This document shows positions 1 to 9,101 of a stretch of DNA of 64,000 nt, one piece after another. The DNA lies in the IMG/VR virus record IMGVR_UViG_3300008113_000012, positions 32,001 through 96,000 of that record. The stretch is one strand, 5' to 3'. A program made the translations under genes and the position numbers. This stretch comes from a virus. Position 1 is the first letter of the stretch. Every line of letters begins with the position of its first letter. The notes under the pieces were generated by a model that was not told the DNA's origin, searched no databases, and saw nothing but the letters and a program-made list of their open reading frames with translations.

Positions 1-2
1 AA

Positions 3-1136
3 AAAATACAAGTAAGTATTACTGGTTTAGAAACTAGGCAATCAGCCTGGTATGCTCAACAGAAGACAGACTGTGCAAAAATTGAACAGAGCATTGCAGA
101 ACTGCAAAGTGTTGATATTGAAAAAGAGCTTGTGCAACATGCTAAGTTAAAACAATATGACGAACATGCGGCTAAGATTAAAAGCCTTAACAAAGAAAAG
201 GCCACACTAGAAACTGCTGTTATACAAGCTGACAAGACTGTAGCAAAATATACTAAAGAAGTAGAGCAGTTAAAAAATAAAACTTGTCCTGCGTGTGAGC
301 AAGGGTTACATAGCCACAAGCACGAAGAAATGACTACCGGTGCTGAAAAGAACTTAGCAGATGCTGTTGCATATTTAGAAAGTATTAGTGATAGCTATGC
401 AACTGTGCTTCAAGAGTTAGAGACTATAGGTGATATCAACGGCAGACCGCAGACTTACTACGACACTGTCGAAGAAGCATTAAAGCATCAAAACAATCTA
501 ACAAGTCTAGAAGAAGCATTGACTAGGAGACATACAGAAACTGATCCTTATCAAGAACAAATTGATGATCTTAAGCATACTGCTATGCAAGATATCTCAT
601 GGGATAATGTTAATTTGTTGAATAGTATGAAGGATCATCAAGAGTTCTTGTTAAAATTACTAACAAACAAAGATAGTTTTATCCGTAAAAAGATCATAGA
701 TCAGAACCTTGCCTATTTGAATAACAGGCTTACGTACTATCTTGACAAGATGGGATTACCGCATCAAGTTAGTTTCTTAAACGACTTAAACGTTGAGATT
801 ACACAGTTAGGACAGGATCTAGATTTTGATAACTTGTCTCGTGGCGAACGCAATCGTTTAATCTTAGGATTAAGCTGGGCGTTCCGTGATGTGTGGGAAA
901 GTCTGTATCAAAGCATTAACTTATTGTTTGTTGACGAGCTTATCGACAACGGATTAGATGCAAACGGTGTAGAAAATGCGTTAGGTGTACTTAAGAAGAT
1001 GGCACGTGAACGTAAGAAGAACATTTTCTTAATCTCACACAAAGATGAATTGATTGGTCGTGTTAATAATGTACTTAAAGTTGTTAAGGAAAACGGCTTT
1101 ACCAGCTATGCAAACGATATTGAGGTTACAGAATAA
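3..1136 (+). CDS. gp46: Rad50/SbcC-like recombination endonuclease ATPase subunit (T4 gp46-like), 5'-truncated by the window edge
   Basis: Frame is open from position 3, upstream of the 132 start in the track. Zinc hook CPAC, coiled coil, ABC signature LSRGE, Walker B LLFVDE, H-loop ISH. Confidence 0.93.
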   Translation, partial: KIQVSITGLETRQSAWYAQQKTDCAKIEQSIAELQSVDIEKELVQHAKLKQYDEHAAKIKSLNKEKATLETAVIQADKTVAKYTKEVEQLKNKTCPACEQGLHSHKHEEMTTGAEKNLADAVAYLESISDSYATVLQELETIGDINGRPQTYYDTVEEALKHQNNLTSLEEALTRRHTETDPYQEQIDDLKHTAMQDISWDNVNLLNSMKDHQEFLLKLLTNKDSFIRKKIIDQNLAYLNNRLTYYLDKMGLPHQVSFLNDLNVEITQLGQDLDFDNLSRGERNRLILGLSWAFRDVWESLYQSINLLFVDELIDNGLDANGVENALGVLKKMARERKKNIFLISHKDELIGRVNNVLKVVKENGFTSYANDIEVTE

Positions 1137-1409
1137 ATGAGCGAGAGTCTGCATGATCAGTTAATGAAAGAGTTTCGAAAGTATTTTGAAAATTATCAAG
1201 ACTGGGCTATGAATCAGACTCACGCAGCAGGCATGAGAACTAGGGCAAACTTATTAGAAATTAGACGACTTTCTAGAGAACTTAGAATAGATATTCTAGA
1301 AACTCGCAGAACGTTTCCAAAAATTAAATCACCAAAATATAGAGAAGCAAAGTTAAAAGAACAGCTCGCTCAAAAACAACAGGCACAAGGCGACAGCGGC
1401 ACTAACTAA
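1137..1409 (+). CDS. Small basic protein, histone H1-like (Hc1-type) helical hairpin
   Basis: AAGMRTRANLLEIRRLSRELR resembles the AAGxRARKxxxExxKxxKExR motif of Hc1-like proteins; basic tail; abuts gp46. Confidence 0.55.
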   Translation: MSESLHDQLMKEFRKYFENYQDWAMNQTHAAGMRTRANLLEIRRLSRELRIDILETRRTFPKIKSPKYREAKLKEQLAQKQQAQGDSGTN

Positions 1410-1413
1410 GTGC

Positions 1414-1851
1414 ATGTCATGGTATTATCAAGGAACTTTAATCGAAGCTTTACCCGAAGAGTGTATTGGCTTTGTTTATTGCATCACTAATAACATAACT
1501 GGTCGCAAATATATAGGCAAGAAATTAGCAAAATTCTCTAAAACAACTTATAAAACAGTAAAACTCAAAAACGGCAACAAGAAGAAAAAGAAGATTCGTT
1601 CTAAAATTGATTCTGACTGGCGTGAATACTATGGCTCAAGCGACCATCTAACAAAAGATATAGAAACTCTAGGCGCAGAGAATTTCAAAAGAGAAATACT
1701 TTACTACTGCACATCAAAGGCTGAATGTTCATACATCGAGGCAAGAGAACAATTTACAAGACGTGTTCTCGAAAGTGACGACTACTACAACGGACACATT
1801 GCTGTTCGTGTACACGGAAGTCATATCAAAGGCAAACAACTAAACGGTTAA
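1414..1851 (+). CDS. Stand-alone GIY-YIG family endonuclease
   Basis: GFVYCITNNITGRKYIGKK motif, YYGSS, NFKREIL, conserved E, YYN near the C-terminus; Lys-rich insert. Confidence 0.88.
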   Translation: MSWYYQGTLIEALPEECIGFVYCITNNITGRKYIGKKLAKFSKTTYKTVKLKNGNKKKKKIRSKIDSDWREYYGSSDHLTKDIETLGAENFKREILYYCTSKAECSYIEAREQFTRRVLESDDYYNGHIAVRVHGSHIKGKQLNG

Positions 1852-2292
1852 AGCTCGCACAGGCTAATTTCGTGTGCCGAACAGTAGAAACCTGGACTCA
1901 GTGTCGCAGGGATCCGTAGACTCTTGCCGTTAAGAGCACTCAATCAGTATCCTTTACAGGACCAGGATCGCAAAGCTGCCGCGGTTTGATTGTTTTAAGG
2001 AAATAAAGGCAAAAAGAGGGGAAATAAGCCCCACGTTTGCATGTATGTTAGCGTATGCATGTAGGCCGCCGTCATAATAAAGACACAGCTCGAGGTACCG
2101 GATGACCGCCTCTGTAACTGCTGTAACGCTAAGTGGATTGTGCAACTCAGATAATGTTCAATTTTCTTTGCCCGCAAGGGCAAAGTGTGACTGAACAATC
2201 TAGATAATATTTAAACTGCTTCGCAGCAATTAATAAAAGAAAAATAGTTCGAGCTGAAAAGCGAAGAACTGATGTACGCAAGTACATCATTA
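1852..2292 (+). ncRNA. Candidate large structured non-coding RNA of unknown class
   Basis: No credible ORF. More than 10 helices, GNRA-capped stems (GCAA twice, GAAA) and two long-range pseudoknot pairings (1941-1947/1986-1992; 2048-2054/2126-2132). Confidence 0.65.
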
Positions 2293-2293
2293 A

Positions 2294-2299
2294 TAAATA
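2294..2299 (+). promoter_or_regulatory. Late promoter motif TAAATA
   Basis: Core of the T4 late promoter TATAAATA; 7 nt before the ATG at 2307. Confidence 0.65.
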
Positions 2300-2306
2300 C
2301 ACTACT

Positions 2307-3383
2307 ATGAAAATATATGAAATTGTTACTGAAGATCGTGCTAATGAAGGGATAGCTGACATTGCTAAAGGGGCAGCTACGGGTATAGCTAAAGGGGCTA
2401 AATGGGCTAAAGATGCTATTACCGGAACTAAAGCAGGTGCTGAAGTAGCTAAGGATGCTGGAAAAGCAAAGAAAGGTGTTGAAGTAGCTAAAGATGTGGC
2501 AAAAAATGCTGACAAGCTAAAGGTATCTGCAGAAGCAATGTCCAAAGTTAAGTCATTTGGCAGTGCTTTCATGTCTATATTAAGTGCGCTAGGTATAACA
2601 TACTTTGTCTATGAGTACTGGACTGAGATATTAAAACTTGAAGCAGAGTGGACTGAGTATAATAATGCAATTAAATCAAAGACTCAAGTGCCGTCAACTA
2701 ATAAATTTGCTGGCAAAGATTACGAAACAGCACTAAACGAAGCAGAGAACATGCGTTCGGACCTATTAGGTAAAGCAGTTGCTGGATGTTTAACGTCTGC
2801 AGGAATATTTGGAAAAGTAGTGCAAGTGTTTGGAACATTATTTAAAGCACTTCCTGTATTTGGTCCGCTAATAGGATCAACTATTGTAGGCGCAGGCTGG
2901 ATTATATCTAAAATAGAAATTGCACGAGCACCGTTTTTAATTTGGTTAGAAACTACTGACTCTGGTAAAGAGTTTATGAAGAATGTTTTTGTAGTGCTTA
3001 TTCTCGGCGGAACTGGCAAAGTTGCCGCCGATGCGGTTGATGCTCTTATGAAGTTAGCTGATATTGCAGTTGAGTTTATTAACGAAAAGTTTGGAACTAA
3101 CATTAAGAAACCTTCTGATACAGGTTTAGGTACAAAAATTAAACCAGATGCAGAAGCAGAAAAAGAAATAGATGCAAATATAAAAACTATTGACGGTGTT
3201 CCTGCTACTACAGCTGATGGTTACTTAAGATCTGATAGACCGTTCTGGGTACACAATAAAGTCAAATGGGAAATTGAAAAGCAAATGAATAAAGGACAGC
3301 CTAATCCTTTAGATAGTATCCCTAAGAATCCAAAATTAACTTATCCAACTGACTTGTTTAGAAATCTAAACTATGCAGGTTAA
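2307..3383 (+). CDS. Hypothetical protein with hydrophobic segments; candidate internal head (ejected) protein
   Basis: 358 aa. N-terminal MKIYEIVTE, Ala/Lys-rich stretch, several hydrophobic helices. Confidence 0.6.
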   Translation: MKIYEIVTEDRANEGIADIAKGAATGIAKGAKWAKDAITGTKAGAEVAKDAGKAKKGVEVAKDVAKNADKLKVSAEAMSKVKSFGSAFMSILSALGITYFVYEYWTEILKLEAEWTEYNNAIKSKTQVPSTNKFAGKDYETALNEAENMRSDLLGKAVAGCLTSAGIFGKVVQVFGTLFKALPVFGPLIGSTIVGAGWIISKIEIARAPFLIWLETTDSGKEFMKNVFVVLILGGTGKVAADAVDALMKLADIAVEFINEKFGTNIKKPSDTGLGTKIKPDAEAEKEIDANIKTIDGVPATTADGYLRSDRPFWVHNKVKWEIEKQMNKGQPNPLDSIPKNPKLTYPTDLFRNLNYAG

Positions 3384-3610
3384 ATTAAGTTAATGCCGCT
3401 TTTCTTAGTGGCTTCGATATTTTCTTTAATTATTTCGTTTATAATTGTGCGATCTTCATACGAGTATGTATGAAACAGTAATTCGCTACTAACACCACCT
3501 CGCATATACCAACTTATGCGAAATATCTCGTCTTTTATACTTTTTATTTCGAATTCTAAGCCCTTAACAAATCCCTCAATCTCAGAGTTTGAGAGACGTA
3601 AGAGCTTCAT
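3380..3610 (-). CDS. Baseplate hub assembly protein (gp51-like) / GT-like C-terminal extension
   Basis: 76 aa. ATGA overlap with the upstream gp26-like gene; SYEDRTIINEIIKE resembles gp51-like proteins of T4-like phages. Confidence 0.6.
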   Translation of the reverse strand: MKLLRLSNSEIEGFVKGLEFEIKSIKDEIFRISWYMRGGVSSELLFHTYSYEDRTIINEIIKENIEATKKSGINLI

Positions 3611-4431
3611 ACGAAAAAATTTGCTTGGTCCAATGTGATAGTAATAGAGTTTTCAGCACTGCAACTAGAGCATAGAACAGGCTGCGGCGGCATACCCCAA
3701 GCTTCTTTGTTTTCTTCTAATTTGTTCTTAATTAATTTATAAGTATCTCGCTCAGTGTTGCGCAACCATTCTTCGATATGCACTTTTTCAGTTACTAGTA
3801 TACCTTCAACTTGAACGCTTTCGATTGCAGTTAAAAACAATTGCAATTGCAACTCCGATAAATCTTTATAAATTTGATCTACTTGTTGTTGTCTATTGTC
3901 ATCAGTTAAATCGGCAGTTTGAAACAATGTCTTTTGTAATTTAAAGTTCTCAATACTAAAATAACTCATTTCTTCATACTGTAACGGACGTATTCTAATA
4001 GTTAACGTATCAGAAACGGCAATTGCATTAACAAATTTTAAATTATTAAAGTGATCTAACAGTTTACCTAACTCAATCTCATATTCATTTTCTGATTCAC
4101 ATTTTTGACAAGTCTGTGTAACAGTCATTTTTTCGCCAAAGGTAGCAATACGTATAGCAATTAACAGTGCATCAATATCAATACTAGGCATTGTTTTTGC
4201 ATTTTTAATATATGGACAGCAACTTTCAATTACTTTAGCAGTAGCTTCTCCAGTAAATAATGCGTCTGGAGTTTTCATAATGATTTCGTCCATGCCGCTC
4301 ATAGCAAACACGGGAACATTGTTATAATCGCCGATTAACGAACCAGGTTCATAGTATAAACCCTTGCTAGGCAACGAAACATAGACTTTTGGCTGTCTAA
4401 AAAACTTTTGTAATGGATTTGGCTGGCTCAT
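3607..4431 (-). CDS. Baseplate hub subunit / tail assembly chaperone (T4 gp26-like)
   Basis: LPSKGLYY, D..ALLIAIRIATFGE, two CxxC pairs, C-terminal NFF; adjacent to the tape-measure-like gene. Confidence 0.75.
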   Translation of the reverse strand: MSQPNPLQKFFRQPKVYVSLPSKGLYYEPGSLIGDYNNVPVFAMSGMDEIIMKTPDALFTGEATAKVIESCCPYIKNAKTMPSIDIDALLIAIRIATFGEKMTVTQTCQKCESENEYEIELGKLLDHFNNLKFVNAIAVSDTLTIRIRPLQYEEMSYFSIENFKLQKTLFQTADLTDDNRQQQVDQIYKDLSELQLQLFLTAIESVQVEGILVTEKVHIEEWLRNTERDTYKLIKNKLEENKEAWGMPPQPVLCSSCSAENSITITLDQANFFV

Positions 4432-4442
4432 GATTAGTTCCG

Positions 4443-4466
4443 ATAAATATATTAACCGTATTTATA
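4443..4466. promoter_or_regulatory. Face-to-face late promoters (ATAAATA on +, TATAAATA on -)
   Basis: ATAAATA at 4443-4449 (+) and TATAAATA at 4466-4459 (-) in the gap between divergent genes. Confidence 0.65.
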
Positions 4467-4491
4467 TACGCAGATTTCACCTGGAAAAATA

Positions 4492-7374
4492 ATGGCAGAA
4501 CGAAATTTTACTGACGGAGACGTTAAAGCACTAGGCAAAGAAATTGCCAGCGCCATCCGTGGCGGGGGTGGCGGAGGGGGTGGCTCTGGTGGAGGGGGTG
4601 GCGGAAAGGCAGATACAACACCTTCAAAAGAAGCAGCTACTACGTTTAATTCCATGATGAAAGACTCTGCTGATGCCGCTAATAAAGTCACAGCAGCGTA
4701 TAACAAAGTAGCTCCCGGTATTGAAATAGGTCTTAACACTTGGAGAGATCTAAGTAAAGTTGGCGCAGGATTTAGCAATGACATTGTAGGAATGACAGCG
4801 GCGGCTGCTGGAACACGCATGCCGTTAGGTGAATTTGCAGGCGTTATTAAAGAAAACGCTGCAAACTTGTCTGGATTTGGTGGAAATGTTACTCGAGGTG
4901 GAGAAGAATTTGCTAGATTGAGCAAGCGAATGTTTGATGATTATGCACCAAACACTGATCAACTGCGTCAAATGGGCCTTACTAACAAGGACCTTAACGA
5001 ACTTCTAATGATACAGAGCGTATCTACTCGTGCTAAAATGAAAGACGGGGACGAAAAAGATAAGAAACTAATTGAAAACGCAATGGCATTAGGTACAGAA
5101 ATGGATCTAATGGCCAAGCTAACTGGTAAGAGTCGAGAAGCTCAAATGGAGCAACAGCGTAAGAATCAACAAGACATGGCGTTTGAAGCTGCTATCCGTA
5201 GAAAAACTATTGGGATGAGTGCAGACGAAGCTATGGAGTTTGAGAAAAATGCACGTAATCAACTTCGTGATGCCCAACTGCGTGGACAAGAAGCAGTTTT
5301 CAAAGATGTATTTTCGACAGGAACTATTAAAAGTAAAGAAGCAGCAGCACAAGCAAGTATAAATCAAGAACAAGCCGCTGCTACAATGAAGCAAGCACAA
5401 GTATCCGCTGATAAAACAATGGATTCTAAAGAAAGAGAACGTCAAGCTAACGTTGCTGCTGCTGAAGGTCGTAGAGCATTTGATAAAGACATGCAAAACG
5501 ATACCAAGTTGATGTATGCATCTCTAGGAGAACAAGGCGGCACAGTAGGCAAAGTCATGCGTGACAGCATGGGCGCCAACATTGAATACCAACGCAACTT
5601 AGAAGCTACTGCAACTAAAATGAACATCGTCATGAAAACTGACGAAGACCGTGCTAAAGTGCAAAAACAAATGGAAGAAGATGCTAAATCAGCAGCCGCG
5701 GGCAAGAAAGCTGACGGTACACAAGCTGATGCATCAACAAAAGCTCTAGTCAATCTTGGAGCAAGAGCAGGCGATGTAGAAAGTGCCTTTATGAATAAGA
5801 TAGTTAAACCTTTAAATGAAAAAGTTAACCCGGCATTTGAAAAACTAGCAGAGGGCGCATTAGGTGCAACTAAGAAAGGTGCTACTGAAACTAGAGTCAA
5901 CGCAGCAGAACGTGAGTTAGCAGAAGGAGCAGCAGGAAAAACTACTACCGGATTAAACAAAGTAGGTGCAGTCGTTAACGAAACTGGTGACATAGTTAAT
6001 CAACTAGCTGGAGTTAAAAATCCTCCTAAGCCAGCGCCTACAAAATCAATTCCACAAAAAGCTCTTGGAGGCCCAGTTGAAGAAGGTGAACCGTATATTG
6101 TAGGTGACGGTGGCGAAGAAGAAATATTCGTACCTAAGACAGCTGGAGAGATCATTCCTAAGAGTATGCTATCACCAAAAGGATTAGGTAGCCGTTCTCA
6201 AAATATGGATGGTGCTTATAAGTCAATGCAGTCAATGAATCCTGCTAAAATGTTTGAAGAACTTAAAGCTAAAACTAGCGGTGGTGGATTAAATCTTAAC
6301 GAGATTTCTAAAGACATTAGTACAACAGTCAGTGGCGGCGGCTCGAGCACTGTAAAAGTTCCAGACATGGCAGAGATGACTAAGAAGTTTGAAACTTCCT
6401 TTGCTGAGTTTGATAAAGTTGCTATAAAAAATATCAAGTTTGATGACTTATCAAGTTCTTTTAAAACTTCGTTTGATGATTTTGGATCTGAAATATCAAA
6501 CTATGCAGATCTTAACGATCTAATGTCTCCGTTTGAAGAATCGTTTAGCAGTTTCAATAACGATTTTGAAAGTATGATTGTATCCTCAAGTGAGGATATT
6601 GCTGATGCAATGGGCGGCTCAAAAGCATCGGCTGCACAAGCAAAGATTGACGATGCAATTGCAGAAAAACAGAAAGCACTAGATAAAATAACCTACATGT
6701 TAAATGAAGTATCTGACGAAGATTTTGATCAATCTGCATGGGATGAAGCTATTGCAGAACGTGATGCGGCTCAAGAAAAGTTAGACAAAGTTATTGAAGA
6801 GTCGATAAGTGATCTAGCAGGAGGATTTGACGATTTTAGTGATAACTGGGAAGAATCATTAGATAAAGTTAGTGCAGATATTACAGATGCTATCCCGTAT
6901 GACGAATTTGGCGGACTCGATGAAGCTATTGCACGAAATCAAGCAGACGATAAACAAAGAGCAAAAGCAACTAGTGGTGCAATGCAAGAAGTTGTTACTG
7001 GCTCTAGCCCTGCAAAGTTAGATCGAGGTATCACTACAGACAGCTTTACTTTAGGACCAAACGGATTACCTATTGCGAAACCAAAATCAACAGCAGCCGC
7101 TGTTCCAGAAAAGAAAAATGAAGGAAAAACTGCCGAAGAACAAGTTAAAGAACGAGAAGAACAAGCCAAAGCTGACATGGCAAAAGGTGACAAAGGCGAA
7201 AAATCTATTAAGAAAGAAGGCAGTGACAGCAAAGGCGCTACTCTAGATGACCTACTTAAGAGCATGAATGCGTTAAATACTAAGGTAGGTCAACTGATTT
7301 CTGTTAATGAAGATGGTCATAAAGCCTCAGCCAAAGCTGCAAAAAGCAATAATGCTAACCTATATACGAGATAA
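4492..7374 (+). CDS. Tape-measure-like protein
   Basis: 960 aa, helical and Ala/Gln/Lys-rich; contains KALGGPVEEGEPYIVGDGGEEEIFVPKTAGEIIP, a motif typical of tape-measure C-terminal regions. Confidence 0.75.
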   Translation: MAERNFTDGDVKALGKEIASAIRGGGGGGGGSGGGGGGKADTTPSKEAATTFNSMMKDSADAANKVTAAYNKVAPGIEIGLNTWRDLSKVGAGFSNDIVGMTAAAAGTRMPLGEFAGVIKENAANLSGFGGNVTRGGEEFARLSKRMFDDYAPNTDQLRQMGLTNKDLNELLMIQSVSTRAKMKDGDEKDKKLIENAMALGTEMDLMAKLTGKSREAQMEQQRKNQQDMAFEAAIRRKTIGMSADEAMEFEKNARNQLRDAQLRGQEAVFKDVFSTGTIKSKEAAAQASINQEQAAATMKQAQVSADKTMDSKERERQANVAAAEGRRAFDKDMQNDTKLMYASLGEQGGTVGKVMRDSMGANIEYQRNLEATATKMNIVMKTDEDRAKVQKQMEEDAKSAAAGKKADGTQADASTKALVNLGARAGDVESAFMNKIVKPLNEKVNPAFEKLAEGALGATKKGATETRVNAAERELAEGAAGKTTTGLNKVGAVVNETGDIVNQLAGVKNPPKPAPTKSIPQKALGGPVEEGEPYIVGDGGEEEIFVPKTAGEIIPKSMLSPKGLGSRSQNMDGAYKSMQSMNPAKMFEELKAKTSGGGLNLNEISKDISTTVSGGGSSTVKVPDMAEMTKKFETSFAEFDKVAIKNIKFDDLSSSFKTSFDDFGSEISNYADLNDLMSPFEESFSSFNNDFESMIVSSSEDIADAMGGSKASAAQAKIDDAIAEKQKALDKITYMLNEVSDEDFDQSAWDEAIAERDAAQEKLDKVIEESISDLAGGFDDFSDNWEESLDKVSADITDAIPYDEFGGLDEAIARNQADDKQRAKATSGAMQEVVTGSSPAKLDRGITTDSFTLGPNGLPIAKPKSTAAAVPEKKNEGKTAEEQVKEREEQAKADMAKGDKGEKSIKKEGSDSKGATLDDLLKSMNALNTKVGQLISVNEDGHKASAKAAKSNNANLYTR

Positions 7375-7377
7375 TAA

Positions 7378-9093
7378 ATGAGCTGGAAAAAATATTTTAC
7401 ACCTGTGCAAGTAGACGCAACGTCTAGTAGCTATAGTCCAATGGGCAATGGCGCATCTCGTCCAGGACCAGCTCGAGCAAACTATTCTAGTTTTTTACCT
7501 GATGTCTATACTGGTGCTCCTAATCGTGTTGACCGTTATTTGCAGTATGATACAATGGATATGGACAGTGAAGTCAATGCTGCCTTAGATATTATTGCAG
7601 AGTTTACTAGCCAAAAAAATAGAGAAAACCACACTCCTTTTAACTTATTCTACAGAAATAAAGCCACTAACAGCGAGATTACTATCCTTCGCGAGTACCT
7701 ACAGCAGTGGTGTAAACTACAAAAATTTGAAACTAGAATCTTCCGTATTGTGCGTAACGTGTTCAAATACGGTGATGCGTTCTTTGTTCGCGATCCTGAA
7801 ACTAAAAAATGGGTCTACATTGATCCAGGTAAGATTACTAAAATTATTGTAAATGAAAGTGACGGCAAGCGTCCTGAGCAGTATGTTATCCGTGATTTAA
7901 ATCCTAACTTTCAAGATTTAATTGTTACAGCTATTAATCCTAACACTACTAACACAAACAATCGTGGCACTGCCTATGTAGCTGGCGGAGCAGCAGCTAG
8001 AGGACAAGCTGGTGCATACCCTGCTAGTAACGGTACACGTTTTAGCAATAATCAAAACGAAGTAGCAATTGATGCTAAACACGTTATACATTTGTCATTA
8101 TCAGAAGGTTTAGACAATAATTTTCCGTTTGGAAACAGCTTGTTAGAAAACATTTTTAAAGTTTTTAAACAAAAAGAATTGTTAGAAGACGCTATTATTA
8201 TCTATCGTGTACAACGTGCTCCTGAGCGTCGAGTGTTCTACGTTGACGTGGGTAACATGCCAAGTCACTTGGCTATGAGCTTTGTTGAAAGAGTTAAAAA
8301 CGAAATACATCAACGTAGACTTCCAAGTGCTACTGGCGGTGGTACTAATGTTATTGACAGTGCGTACAATCCATTAAGTATCAATGAAGACTACTTCTTT
8401 CCGCAGACAGCAGAAGGTCGCGGAAGTAAAGTTGAAACTTTACCAGGCGGCACTAATCTAGGTGAAATTGACGACTTGAAGTATTTTACCAACAAGTTAT
8501 TCCGCGGGTTACGTATTCCGTCAAGCTACTTACCAACAGGTGCAGATGACAGCGCATCTCAATATAACGACGGGCGTGTGGGTACTGCGTACATTCAAGA
8601 ACTGCGTTTCAATAACTATTGCCAACGACTACAAAGTCTAATGCAAGATGTATTTGATCAAGAATTTAAATTGTATTTGTATGATCGCGGAGTTAACATT
8701 GACTCTAGTTTGTTTGAAGTACAGTTCCAACCGCCACAAAACTTTGCTACATACCGTCAAGCAGAACTAGATGGACAACGTGTGCCACAGTTCCAAACTA
8801 TGAGTCAGATCCCGTTTATGAGCAAACGATTTGCTATGAAACGTTTCTTAGGCATGACAGACGAAGAGTTAGCAGAAAACGAACGTATGTGGGCAGAAGA
8901 AAACGGCAAAGGTAAATCCACGCCAACTGATAGCTCAGGCGAACTTCGAGGTGCTGGCATTAGTTCAGCAGGTATTGAAAGTGATCTAAGTGACTTATCA
9001 GATGAAACTGCTTCTCCAGAAGCCGGCGGAATGCCTGGCGCTGAAGGAACAGCACCTCCTCCAACCGCAGCAACACCAGCACCTGCTGCATAA
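7378..9093 (+). CDS. gp20: Portal vertex protein
   Basis: LLEDAIIIYRVQRAPERRVFYVDVGNMP, EDYFFP, VETLPGGTNLGEIDDLKYF are T4 gp20 family motifs. Confidence 0.96.
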   Translation: MSWKKYFTPVQVDATSSSYSPMGNGASRPGPARANYSSFLPDVYTGAPNRVDRYLQYDTMDMDSEVNAALDIIAEFTSQKNRENHTPFNLFYRNKATNSEITILREYLQQWCKLQKFETRIFRIVRNVFKYGDAFFVRDPETKKWVYIDPGKITKIIVNESDGKRPEQYVIRDLNPNFQDLIVTAINPNTTNTNNRGTAYVAGGAAARGQAGAYPASNGTRFSNNQNEVAIDAKHVIHLSLSEGLDNNFPFGNSLLENIFKVFKQKELLEDAIIIYRVQRAPERRVFYVDVGNMPSHLAMSFVERVKNEIHQRRLPSATGGGTNVIDSAYNPLSINEDYFFPQTAEGRGSKVETLPGGTNLGEIDDLKYFTNKLFRGLRIPSSYLPTGADDSASQYNDGRVGTAYIQELRFNNYCQRLQSLMQDVFDQEFKLYLYDRGVNIDSSLFEVQFQPPQNFATYRQAELDGQRVPQFQTMSQIPFMSKRFAMKRFLGMTDEELAENERMWAEENGKGKSTPTDSSGELRGAGISSAGIESDLSDLSDETASPEAGGMPGAEGTAPPPTAATPAPAA

Positions 9094-9101
9094 ATACTCA
9101 T

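Noticed and set aside
1954-2198. Two short minus-strand ORFs in the structured intergenic region
   Set aside because: No RBS or recognisable protein features; the sequence is better explained by base-pairing constraints.
1852-2292. Identification as group I intron, RNase P RNA, tmRNA or tRNA cluster
   Set aside because: It interrupts no gene, and I could not find the P7/J8-7 consensus, GAGGAAAGUCC, tRNA-like ends or T-loop cloverleaves by eye. A covariance search is still needed.
4561-4605. G-rich tract as a G-quadruplex regulatory element
   Set aside because: Fully explained by a poly-Gly linker in the tape-measure-like protein.
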